Virus record (IMG/VR): IMGVR_UViG_3300027906_000003
Span: 1 to 64,000 of that record
Length of the DNA stretch: 64,000 nucleotides
Strand: one strand, 5' to 3'
Source of the DNA: a virus
Shown: positions 29,025-39,600 of the stretch, in pieces
Layout: each line of letters starts with the position of its first letter
Position numbering within the stretch: the first letter of the stretch is position 1
Program-made: the position numbers and the translations under genes
The notes under the pieces: model-generated
Databases searched by the model: none
What the model was told of the DNA's origin: nothing
Seen by the model: the letters and a program-made list of their open reading frames with translations, nothing else

Positions 29025-30895
29025 TGGCAACAAAGAGTTCACAAATAAACATTACAGAATTAGATTTCGATTCTATTTCTGAAAACCTTAAATCATATCT
29101 TAAAGGTCAAGAAAAATTAAAAGATTATAACTTTGAGGGGTCAACAATGGCAACATTGATTGACTTACTTGCATATTCATCACACATAGGTGCAGTTAAT
29201 ACTAACATAGCTGCGTCAGAACTGTTTTTAGACTCAGCACAAATAAGAAAGAATGTAGTATCTCGTGCAAAAGATTTAGGATTTACACCTGCTTCAGAAA
29301 AGTGTTCATCTGCTATTATAGATATTGCATTGAATAATGTTTTAAAGGCCGATGGAACTTATCCGACACTTACAGAAATGACTATACCTAGAGGTCATGT
29401 TTTCCAAACAGTTTTTGATGGTGTATCATATGACTTTGTCACTACAGATACAAATAAACCAACTCAGAACAGTTCAACATTTAATTATACAGGTGTTGAG
29501 ATATCACAAGGGACATATATGTCCGATTCTTTTGTTTATGATAGACAAGTTAAGAATTCTAAATTTGTTTTATCAAATGAGAGAGTTGACAGAAGTAAAC
29601 TTTCAGTTGTAGTTAACTCAGCTGGAATATCTACTACATTTGCATTATCTACAGACATTTCTACAATTACAACAACATCAAATGTATATTATACACAAGA
29701 AAACGAAGAAGGATACTTAGAAATCTATTTTGGTGATGGTGTATTAGGAACAGAACTACTTGATGGTGATATTATAACTGCAACATATATTGTAGTTGAT
29801 GCAGACCACGCTGATGGTGCAAAAAACTTTCAACAAATCACATCAATAAATGGTTATTCAGATTCAGTTATAACAACAACTACTAATTCAACAGGTGGTG
29901 CAGAGAAAGAATCAATAGAATCAATTAAGTTTAAGGCAAATAAATTCTTTACATCACAAAACAGATTAGTCACATTAAATGACTATAAAGCAAAAGTAAG
30001 TGAATACTATCCAAACGCAGATGCAGTTGCAGTATGGGGTGGGGAAGATAACAATCCACCACAATATGGTAAAGTATTTCTTGCAATCAAACCTAAAAAT
30101 TCAGACTACTTAACAGAAGTAGAAAAGGCAGATGTTGTTAAGAAACTAAATTCATTGAATATGGTAACTGTAAGACCAGAGATTGTGAATCCAGAAATTA
30201 TTAAGATTCTTATCTCAACAACATTTAAATACAACAACAACTTTACAACACTATCAAAAGGAGAGTTGGAACAATTAGTCAATACAACAATCAATACATA
30301 TGATTCAGACCATTTATCTAACTTCGATAGTATATTCAGACATTCAAACTTAGTAAAGGATATTGATGAAACAGATACATCAATTCTTTCTAATATAACA
30401 AACATAAGATTGAAGAAATCAACAAGTCTTACTTTAAACAAAAAGATTGGTTATACAAACGATTTTGGTAACCCTTTCTATCACCCAAATGCACAATACA
30501 ATAAAGCTTTAGGTGGTATATTATCTTCAACTGGATTTAAGGTTACAGGAGATTCTGTAAACACACAATATTTTGATGACGATGGAGATGGTAATCTGAG
30601 AAGATACTATCTTTCTGGTTCAACAAGAATCTATAGTGATACGACTGCAGGAGTAGTCGACTACACTACAGGTAAAATAACAATCAATGCGTTGATGTTT
30701 ACCTCAACAGTAAATACCAATACAACGATTGATTTCACAATCATACCAGACAGCTACGATGTAGTTGCAACTAGAGGTTCTCTTGTAGATATCTCTTCTG
30801 CTGATGTCACGGTCAAAGGTGAAATAGACACCATCGCAAGTGGTGAGAGTAGTGCTGGGGTTGGATTTAGTTCAACATCTAGTTCTACATATTAA
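29024..30895 (+). CDS. gp6: baseplate wedge gp6
   Basis: LDFD.I..NLK, DYNFEGS, ELFLDSA, YFGDG, QNRLVT..DY, WGGEDN.PP.YGKVF. Confidence 0.95.
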   Translation: MATKSSQINITELDFDSISENLKSYLKGQEKLKDYNFEGSTMATLIDLLAYSSHIGAVNTNIAASELFLDSAQIRKNVVSRAKDLGFTPASEKCSSAIIDIALNNVLKADGTYPTLTEMTIPRGHVFQTVFDGVSYDFVTTDTNKPTQNSSTFNYTGVEISQGTYMSDSFVYDRQVKNSKFVLSNERVDRSKLSVVVNSAGISTTFALSTDISTITTTSNVYYTQENEEGYLEIYFGDGVLGTELLDGDIITATYIVVDADHADGAKNFQQITSINGYSDSVITTTTNSTGGAEKESIESIKFKANKFFTSQNRLVTLNDYKAKVSEYYPNADAVAVWGGEDNNPPQYGKVFLAIKPKNSDYLTEVEKADVVKKLNSLNMVTVRPEIVNPEIIKILISTTFKYNNNFTTLSKGELEQLVNTTINTYDSDHLSNFDSIFRHSNLVKDIDETDTSILSNITNIRLKKSTSLTLNKKIGYTNDFGNPFYHPNAQYNKALGGILSSTGFKVTGDSVNTQYFDDDGDGNLRRYYLSGSTRIYSDTTAGVVDYTTGKITINALMFTSTVNTNTTIDFTIIPDSYDVVATRGSLVDISSADVTVKGEIDTIASGESSAGVGFSSTSSSTY

Positions 30896-30974
30896 GGTAT
30901 TCATTATGAATAAAGTGGTCGCGAGTCCCGCGAGTAGTTTCCCATTAATTTGGATTATATAAAAGGAGAAAAAA

Positions 30975-31442
30975 ATGGCAGATAAAAAAATATCAGCACT
31001 ATCAGCAGTAGCAGATTCAGCAATTGGAGCTGATGACTTACTACACATTGTAGATAACCCAGGTGGAACACCTGTAAACAAAAAGATGACTATTGGTCAA
31101 TTGTTTGAAAATATCCCAACTCACTTAGCAGTTGACGATATTGTCACACATACGGCAACTAGTTCAACATTAGCAGCTCAGTTCTGTAATATCTTTAATC
31201 TAACAGCTACATCAAAAGTAGCTTTTGATTTAGGAGTTGGAACACAAACTGGACAGTTAATGGTCTTAATCATGTCAGCTATCGGTTCAGGCGGTTCAGC
31301 TGCTGTGACTGTTAGTTCATGGGGTGGTTCAACTGATACTACAGAACAAATTACACTTAATGCTGTGGGTGAATCCTGCATTCTTATGTGGAATGGTTCA
31401 AAGTGGTTTGCAATTTCAAATAATAATTGCACAATAACATAA
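30975..31442 (+). CDS. virion structural protein
   Basis: MADKKISAL N-terminus typical of fibre-associated proteins; AAGGAG RBS. Confidence 0.65.
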   Translation: MADKKISALSAVADSAIGADDLLHIVDNPGGTPVNKKMTIGQLFENIPTHLAVDDIVTHTATSSTLAAQFCNIFNLTATSKVAFDLGVGTQTGQLMVLIMSAIGSGGSAAVTVSSWGGSTDTTEQITLNAVGESCILMWNGSKWFAISNNNCTIT

Positions 31443-31453
31443 GAGTAAACTAA

Positions 31454-34400
31454 ATGTCTCACGAATCATTATCAGCAGATAAAATAACACAAAGACTGCA
31501 TACAATCTTACCAGAACATGTAAGAGATGATGCACCAGCTTTTTCGGCATTTTTATCTGCATATTTTGAATTCTTAGAGAGAGAGGTTATAACTCTTAAA
31601 TCACAAAGCGATTTAGACGGTATTGCTTTAGAAGACGGTCAAGGTGCTCTACTTGTAGAGACTGCGACCGTCTCACCGTCACCAGATGAGAACTCATCTA
31701 AAATCATAAACGAGTCGACACCGACAAATCCAAATGTAAGTGCGGAACCTCTTACAGTTGGAGAATATGTTTATGGAAAAGAAAATGGTTCTATTGCAAG
31801 AATAGATGTCATCAACGGTGATACATTATATGTTTCTACTGTTTCAGGAAATGGTTTCTCTAAGAATGAAGTTATTGAAGGAAGAAATAGTCTGCAATCT
31901 GCAGTTGTTGAATCATATAAAGAAAACAGTATACTTGCAAACAATCGACTATTAGACTATTCTGATATCGACCATACAACAGAAGAATTCTTACAATACT
32001 TCCAAAAAGATTTCTTACCATCGATTGATTTATCAAAACTAAAAAACAAAAGATTAACAATCAAAAATATTTCTGATTTATATCAGAGAAAAGGAAGTGA
32101 AGAGTCAATCAAATTCTTAATGAGACTCTTATACGGTCAGGATGCAGAAGTTAGATATCCTGACAACGAAACAATTTATGTATCTGAATCAAATTACAAC
32201 GAAGAAAGAAGATTAGTTTTACAGATGCCTGATGAAAAGGTACCTGCAGAAACAGATAGACTAACTTACTTAGATTCAGATGGCAAGACTATACTTGCAG
32301 AAGCAAATATAGAAAGAATAAACACACTTGCAACCAATATTTACTCATGTAGTATATCCAGAAATCACTATGGAACTTTTGTAGAAAACACAACAGTTAA
32401 TGTTTTAGATAGAGATGGTATTACAAGTTATACAGGAACAGTTCTAGGTGTTAATACAGGAATTAATACATCAGGTGGTTCATCTACTTATGTGGGTCAA
32501 TTCAATGATGACGATGGCCATGGTATTCTCTTAGCAGAAGATGGTTCTGGTATTCTTATGGAGAAATCTACAATAGGTTCTCTATATTCAATGAATGACA
32601 ATATCATCTTTACAGGTTCTAAAGATGATGCAGGAGTTGTAGACTCAACTGCAAGAGTTGATATACTATCAGACGGACCTGTTAAAGAAATTATTGTTGA
32701 AGCTGGTGGTATAAATTACGAAGCTGGTGAAATGGTCGTCTTTGATGAGACTAACACAGGTGGTAATTCTGCAGAGGGAATCATTGGTGCAACTGGTGAT
32801 GAAATCATATTAGAGAATGCTACACTTTGGGGTCAATTTGAATTTATTGCAACAGCTGGTCAAACTTTATTTGGTGGTGCAGGTGTAAAAGATGTCAACG
32901 GAAGATATGTATTCTTTAATGACCACACTGTTAAAGTCTATAGAGATGGTTTAATACAAACAGACCCAGGTGATGGTTCAGTCTTTACACTTAAAAACGA
33001 TAGAGTCACATTTGCAGCTGGTCAATCTGCAGGAACAAAAATTGAAATTGTTACCGAATCAAATAGACTATTACACGAAACAGGAAAACCAATAACACTA
33101 GATGCCTACGATGATGGTGGAACTATCGTCTCAGATGACGGAAGAATTAGAAGAGTTGAAATCTTAAATGGTGGTGTAGGATATCAACAAGTTCCAGAAG
33201 TAAGTCCTGGTGGTTATTTATATTTTGATAAAGGTGTTGCCGAGACATATACAATTGGTGAAACAGTCACAGGTTCAATATCAAATGCAACTGCAATAGT
33301 TCTTAGAACAGATGCTAAAAACAAAAGAATAGTAGTAAAAAGAAGTCATACAGACCCAAATGCTTTTCAAACCAACGAACAAATAACAGGTTCACTTTCA
33401 TTAGTTGCAAAGATAAACAGAAAATCTACTGTTGCAACAGGAACAGGTGCAAAACTTCTTTCATATTCAGATGAAATTGGTGGTGCTGAATCAATTAACA
33501 TAATAGGACAAGGTTATAACTTTGATTCAGATGGTATTGTTTCATCAGAATCAGACTTCCCTATGTTGATTTCTACACCTAGTGCAACACCTACAAGAGA
33601 CACAGTAATAACAGGTGCTACATCAGCCACAACTGCAAAGGTTGTGAGTTATAACGCAGCGAGACAGATTTTAACATATAAAGATTTATCAGGTGAGTTC
33701 TTAGAAGGAGAAACAATAACATATAATGTTAATGATAAGTTCTCCGTCTTTAAATCAGACCCAATTTCAGGAAGAGGAAGATTTGCTGGAGAGGGAAATA
33801 TAAATGAAGGACTATTAGGTGATAAAGGAACATTAGACGCTTCTGCAGCTAATATACAAGACGGTTATTATTATCAAACACATTCATATGTTGTTAAAGT
33901 TGGTGAATCAATTAACAGTTGGAGAAGTGTATTAAAAGACTTAATACATCCATCTGGTCATATCTTCTTTGGTGAAGTTGCAATTAACTCATCAATCAAT
34001 ACAGTTGCAGATGAACAATTTAGATTTAGACCAACACTTATAATGAACTTAGATGTTGGTATTGCAGTTCCAAATGCCTTTGCAAATTCTTCAAGAGTTG
34101 TAAATCTTTGGACTACAGACAGTGAAGTCACAGCTGCTGGTGCAATGATGCAATTATTAGAAGCAGGTATTCCTGGAATAAATGTAGATACATCAGGTAT
34201 ATTAAACACAACAGATACAACAAATAGTGCAGGACAAAGTTTAGGTGCAAGGTCAGAATTCTATGACACTTCACATAGGTCAAGACACATCAACCTTAAT
34301 ATTATAAACTCTTTTGCAACAGTGACAACAAATCATGCAAAAGGTTCCAATGCTGGTCTACCAACAGCATTATCATTAGATTCTTCGGACCATGATTACT

Positions 34401-35119
34401 TAATAAGAAGTCCAGAAAGAAGACCTGCAGACCAAGGTAAAATTTTCCAACTTGGTTCTCTAGTTGATGAACAACTAATACTTGAAGATGGTGGTCTTAT
34501 TGAATTAGAAGAAGAAGTATGTAAAGTGAGAATGGAACCTGATGAAAATGCAAGAGTTAAAGGAGATTATGGTGATGTCTTCACAATGGAAGACGGAAGT
34601 ATATTCAGACTTGAAAGTGCAACTACAGATGAACCTGTTCATTACTTTACGACTGAAAGGTCTATAGAATTGGCAGGAAAATATCTTAGAATGGAAGATA
34701 ATGAAAGAATCTGTATGGAAGATGGAGACATACTAATTGATGAAGAGAACTCAGAAAATGGCATAGTCAGTTTCGTTCCTTTAGGGTCTCGATTTAACAC
34801 TATAAATACAATTAGTGAACAAGACACTTATCGAATATCATATCATATGAGGCAAGAATCTGGTAACGCAGCTAACAATAGTGGTGGTATTAATATAGAA
34901 GGCCAAGGTAGTGGAACAAATCCATCTTATAATGGTGACAATATAATAATGGAAGATAATTCAGGTAGTGTATTGATGGAAGAGTCAATAAAAGAGGGAT
35001 TGAGAATATCAGACTTAGAAACTTATTATCCTAAGTTCTATGTATCAGAATACGACAATCACAGAAATTTAAGAACAAATTTAACATTTAATGCTTATGT
35101 TAAGTCGGCCACGACATAA
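31454..35119 (+). CDS. gp7: baseplate wedge initiator gp7-like
   Basis: FL.AYFEFLE, LYQRKGSEESIKFL.RLLYG, IQDGYYYQ.HSYV, HPSG; between gp6 and gp8. Confidence 0.8.
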   Translation: MSHESLSADKITQRLHTILPEHVRDDAPAFSAFLSAYFEFLEREVITLKSQSDLDGIALEDGQGALLVETATVSPSPDENSSKIINESTPTNPNVSAEPLTVGEYVYGKENGSIARIDVINGDTLYVSTVSGNGFSKNEVIEGRNSLQSAVVESYKENSILANNRLLDYSDIDHTTEEFLQYFQKDFLPSIDLSKLKNKRLTIKNISDLYQRKGSEESIKFLMRLLYGQDAEVRYPDNETIYVSESNYNEERRLVLQMPDEKVPAETDRLTYLDSDGKTILAEANIERINTLATNIYSCSISRNHYGTFVENTTVNVLDRDGITSYTGTVLGVNTGINTSGGSSTYVGQFNDDDGHGILLAEDGSGILMEKSTIGSLYSMNDNIIFTGSKDDAGVVDSTARVDILSDGPVKEIIVEAGGINYEAGEMVVFDETNTGGNSAEGIIGATGDEIILENATLWGQFEFIATAGQTLFGGAGVKDVNGRYVFFNDHTVKVYRDGLIQTDPGDGSVFTLKNDRVTFAAGQSAGTKIEIVTESNRLLHETGKPITLDAYDDGGTIVSDDGRIRRVEILNGGVGYQQVPEVSPGGYLYFDKGVAETYTIGETVTGSISNATAIVLRTDAKNKRIVVKRSHTDPNAFQTNEQITGSLSLVAKINRKSTVATGTGAKLLSYSDEIGGAESINIIGQGYNFDSDGIVSSESDFPMLISTPSATPTRDTVITGATSATTAKVVSYNAARQILTYKDLSGEFLEGETITYNVNDKFSVFKSDPISGRGRFAGEGNINEGLLGDKGTLDASAANIQDGYYYQTHSYVVKVGESINSWRSVLKDLIHPSGHIFFGEVAINSSINTVADEQFRFRPTLIMNLDVGIAVPNAFANSSRVVNLWTTDSEVTAAGAMMQLLEAGIPGINVDTSGILNTTDTTNSAGQSLGARSEFYDTSHRSRHINLNIINSFATVTTNHAKGSNAGLPTALSLDSSDHDYLIRSPERRPADQGKIFQLGSLVDEQLILEDGGLIELEEEVCKVRMEPDENARVKGDYGDVFTMEDGSIFRLESATTDEPVHYFTTERSIELAGKYLRMEDNERICMEDGDILIDEENSENGIVSFVPLGSRFNTINTISEQDTYRISYHMRQESGNAANNSGGINIEGQGSGTNPSYNGDNIIMEDNSGSVLMEESIKEGLRISDLETYYPKFYVSEYDNHRNLRTNLTFNAYVKSATT

Positions 35120-35122
35120 ATA
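35115..35122 (+). promoter_or_regulatory. late promoter
   Basis: CATAAATA upstream of gp8. Confidence 0.6.
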
Positions 35123-35159
35123 GTATTAAAGAAAATTATAATCTGAGGAGATTAAGAAA

Positions 35160-36629
35160 ATGGCAGCAATAATAACAGAGAAGTTTCGTGTTCATAATGC
35201 GAGACAATTCAAAGAAGACTTTGGTGAAGCAGAATCATCAACATATGTTTTCATAGGTCGTTCATCATCATGGGCAGACGATAATAGTCCACCAGCACCT
35301 GCAAACGGAGTCGGTGAAGAAATACAAGCATGGGAAGACATGTTGGCACTTAAAAAAGTTGACCCAGCAGATGTATCTCATGGTATAACAAGATATAACT
35401 GGACATCAGGAACAAAATACGATGAGTATTCACATGATTACAGTGCAACAAATAAAACACCTGCAACAAACAAAGATAGTTTGTATGAAGGAAGATTTTA
35501 TGTGATGACTGATGAATATCATGTCTACAAATGTATCAGAACAGGAAGAGATAGTTCAGGTGCAGTTGTAAACTCAGTAAACAAACCAACAGGAACAGAT
35601 GTATCAGTTCTATTTGAAGGAACACCAGCTGATGAGGGTGGAACAGACGGAATGCCTTATCTTTGGAAGTATATGTATACTATATCTGCTTCAGATACAA
35701 TCAAGTTCGTGACTAACGACTTTATACCTGTTAAGACATTAGGTGCAAAGACAGGTATTTTTGGAACTCATACAAACGGTGGTCTGAACTCCTCAGCAGA
35801 CAACGATAGTTCACAACAATATCAAGTAGAGACAAATGCTGTCGATGGTTCAATCTTACATATTAAAGTTGACAATCCAGGTTCTGGATATACAGATGGA
35901 ACTTACACGAATGTCGATATCGATGGAGATGGTTCATCTGGAAAATGCACTGTTAAGGTAGTTTCAGGTGGTCTAAGAGAAATCGATGTGACTAACCGAG
36001 GAAGTTTATATAAACAAGCATCTATTGATGTTGCGGGTATATCAAGCATCGGTGGTGGTTCAGGTGGAGTTGCAACTCCAGTAATATCACCTCAGTTCGG
36101 ACATGGTGCTGACCCTGTAGAAGAATTAGGTGGAAACTACATCATCGTTAATTCAAGATTAGAATTCAATGAGGGTGCAGGAGATTTCCCTGTAGATAAC
36201 GATTTCAGACGAATTGGTCTATGTCAAGACCCATTTGCATTTGGAACAACAAACAGAGCAACTGCAGCTACTATGTTTGCTTATGGCAAAATGACTTTAT
36301 CTGCAATTGGTTCACTTGGTGTAGATGACTTAATACATAGTGCATCATCTGATGGTTCTGGTGTGGCTGCGGCTAGAGTAGTTTCAATTTCAGGAACAGT
36401 AGTATCATTTTTACCAATCGCAAACAGTGCGGGTGGTTATGTAGACTTCGTAGCAGGAAATACAGTTCACAAAATAGGAGTTGGTTCAATCGGAACTATA
36501 AACTCTTCAAGTATGGTGAATCCAGAGGTTGCAAAACATACAGGTAGAATGATGTATATTGAGAATAGAGGTGCGGTAACTCGTGCAAGTGACCAGATTG
36601 AAGATATCAAACTGATTATCGAAATGTAA
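35160..36629 (+). CDS. gp8: baseplate wedge gp8
   Basis: MAAIITEKFR, VYKCI, YLWKYMY, YIENR..VTR..DQIEDIK. Confidence 0.92.
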   Translation: MAAIITEKFRVHNARQFKEDFGEAESSTYVFIGRSSSWADDNSPPAPANGVGEEIQAWEDMLALKKVDPADVSHGITRYNWTSGTKYDEYSHDYSATNKTPATNKDSLYEGRFYVMTDEYHVYKCIRTGRDSSGAVVNSVNKPTGTDVSVLFEGTPADEGGTDGMPYLWKYMYTISASDTIKFVTNDFIPVKTLGAKTGIFGTHTNGGLNSSADNDSSQQYQVETNAVDGSILHIKVDNPGSGYTDGTYTNVDIDGDGSSGKCTVKVVSGGLREIDVTNRGSLYKQASIDVAGISSIGGGSGGVATPVISPQFGHGADPVEELGGNYIIVNSRLEFNEGAGDFPVDNDFRRIGLCQDPFAFGTTNRATAATMFAYGKMTLSAIGSLGVDDLIHSASSDGSGVAAARVVSISGTVVSFLPIANSAGGYVDFVAGNTVHKIGVGSIGTINSSSMVNPEVAKHTGRMMYIENRGAVTRASDQIEDIKLIIEM

Positions 36630-36632
36630 TTC

Positions 36633-36654
36633 ATGGGAGTCAAAGGACTCCCAT
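36633..36654 (+). terminator. intergenic hairpin
   Basis: ATGGGAGTC-AAAG-GACTCCCAT; no U tract, so possibly a processing or stability element. Confidence 0.45.
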
Positions 36655-36675
36655 ATATAAAATTTAGGACAAACA

Positions 36676-39600
36676 ATGGCAGAGAAAACTGATTTAAATA
36701 TATCACCCTATTACGATGACTATTCAGAAGATAAGAACTTTCAAAAAGTTCTTTATCGTGCTGGTAGACCACTTCAAGCAAGAGAATTAACTCAGTCTCA
36801 ATCAATTTTACAAAATCAAATTGAAAGATTTGGTGACCACTTCTTTAAAGAGGGTTCTATAGTATCTGGTGCTCAATGTGATGTTGACATGGACTTATAC
36901 TATGTTAAAGTAAAGTCTGCTAATCCAAATTCCTCAGGTGATGCAAGTATCGAAACATTCAGAACTGCATCACATGGTTTACATATTCAAGGTAAAACAT
37001 CAGGTGTTGTTGCAAAGATTATAACATCAACTGCTGAAACATCAGATGATAAAGCGACACTATTTGTTTACTACTTACAACAAGGAACAAATACAACCAA
37101 TGATTTTGCATTCACACCAAATGAAGAATTACAACTAGTCACATTAGATGGTTCTGGTAATGTATCAGATATTGGCACAAACAACAATGACTTTCAGGTA
37201 GAAGTTGAAACAGAAACACCAAATGGTCGTGCTTCTATAGCAAACATCTCAGAGGGTGTTGTCTTTAGTAGAGGTTTCTTCCTAAAAGTTGACAAACAAG
37301 AACTCATACTTGAAAAGTATTCAGGTAAACCAAGTTATAAAGTTGGTCTCTCTATTGTAGAATCGTTTGTTGATTCTGCAGAAGATAACACACTAGAAGA
37401 CAATGCAACAGGAACATCAAACGAAAACGCTGCAGGTGCAGATAGATTTAAAGTTGCATTAACCCTAACAAAACAATCATTAACTACCTCAGATGATACA
37501 AACTTCATCGAACTAACAAGAGTTAATCAAGGTGTTATTGAACTACATGTCAATAGACCTGTTTACAATGAAATAGAAAATACACTTGCAAGAAGAACAT
37601 TCGATGCAAATGGTGATTTTGTTGTAAAACAATTCACTCAATCAATGAGAGAACATTTAGATGATACTACTAACAGAGGATTCTATACTGCAACAAATGG
37701 TGGTAAAGAAGACCAATTTGTTATGCAAGTATCTCCAGGTAAAGCATATGTTAAAGGTTACGAAGTAGAGAAGATAGGAACTTCTATAATACCTATAAAC
37801 AAAGCAAGGTCTACTGCAACTTTAACATCAACAAATACTCCTATTAGATTAGGAAACAGATTAAGAGTCACAAAATTACATTCATTACCAGAATTTGGTA
37901 ATGAATCAGGAACAGATGCACAAGACCCATTTCAAACTTGTGAATTATTTCCTAGTGCGGTTGCATCACAAGGTGTAAAGAATAGTGAAAACCCAATTGG
38001 TTATGCAAGAGTAAGAGATGTAGTTCATCATTCAGGTGTAGATTCATCTAATGTCTATGGTGATGATGCACAATTTGATTTATCTATGTTTGACATTAAG
38101 ATGTTTACACAATTGTCTTTCAGTAGTGTAGCTAGTAATACTGAGGTCAAAGTTGGAGATAAAATTACAGAAACAAATAGTGGAGTTCCGACAGGTGCTT
38201 CAGGTATTGTAGCCGTTTGTGACAGCACAAATAATGTCTACATGTTGCACGATGTTATTGGACAATTTACAGTAGGATATGGATTATCTTCCTCAGGACA
38301 AACTGCCCACACTAAATCAAATGCGGCGGGAATAACAGCAGTTAGAAATTATAACATAGATAGAGTTCGTTCTATATATCAAGAACCTTTGGCTACATCT
38401 AGTAGAGAAGAGTTCACTGCAAATGTTATAACAAACTCAGAATTTATATTAACAGGAACAGTTCAATTTACAGCTAGTTCAACTGCATTAACAGGATTTG
38501 GAACTGCATTTACAAGAGAACTAAAAGAAGGAGATGTTGTTTACAATCCTTCAGGTTCAGGTCAAGAAAGAATTGTTGCCTCAGTCACAGATAATACAAC
38601 TGCTGTTCTTACAGCAAATTCAACAGCTGCTTTCCAAGGAAATGTCACAAGACGAAGAGCTGCTTTAATTGACCAAGACCAATCTGCAAGTATATTCAGT
38701 TGGCCTAGAGATTGGGTTAAAGACCATACACCAGACCAAGTAAAAGTAAGAAGACAAAAAGTTGTGACAGTCACTTCAAATTCTTTCACTCTTAATGTTG
38801 GTTCTAGTGAGTCGTTTGATTCAAATCTTCCTACTACTGATGATTTAACGATTGCAGTTATTGAAGCTGGTTCAGGTTCTTCTGCAAAAGCAGTTGGTGA
38901 CTTATTGAATGTAGAAGATTACACTAAAACAGCAGGCACAGGAACATTATCAATTGGTGGTTTTCATTCAGACGATAACGATGCAGTATTAAAAGTCACA
39001 TATACAGTTGACATTAATACACCTGTTAACAGAGATAAAACATTACACAAAAACAGATGTCTGAAAGTAGGAACTGCTTCAGGTAATAATGGTTTCTATG
39101 GAACTAATTACAACGATAAAGAAATATCACTTGGTGTTTCAGATGTATTTAAAGTAAGAGGTATATATGAAGGAGTTGATAATACTCCTCTAACACCAAG
39201 TGCAACATTTACAATCACATCAGGAGCATTTACAAACCATGAAGTAATCATTGGTCAAACATCAGACGCAAGGGCAGTATTAGTCACAAATAATGGTAAT
39301 GCAGCTACAAGTTATTTCTATTATACAACACCAGAAAGATTTATAGATACTGAGGTTATTACTGGTAAAGATTCAAGTGCAACTGCAACACTAACAAATG
39401 TTAATGCAGGTTCTCCAGACATCACAAGTAGATACTTCTTTGATGATGGTCAAAGAGATGGTATGTATGACTTAGCAAAATTAACACTTAAATCTGGTGA
39501 ACCAGTTCCACAAGGACCGATTCTAATAGTATATGATTACTTTACAGCATCAAACGCTGGTGATTTCTATGATGTAAATTCATACAGTAATATTGACTAT

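Noticed and set aside
30918-30937. TCGCG-AGTCC-CGCGA hairpin upstream of the 30975 gene
   Set aside because: Only a 5-bp stem; too little evidence without comparative data.
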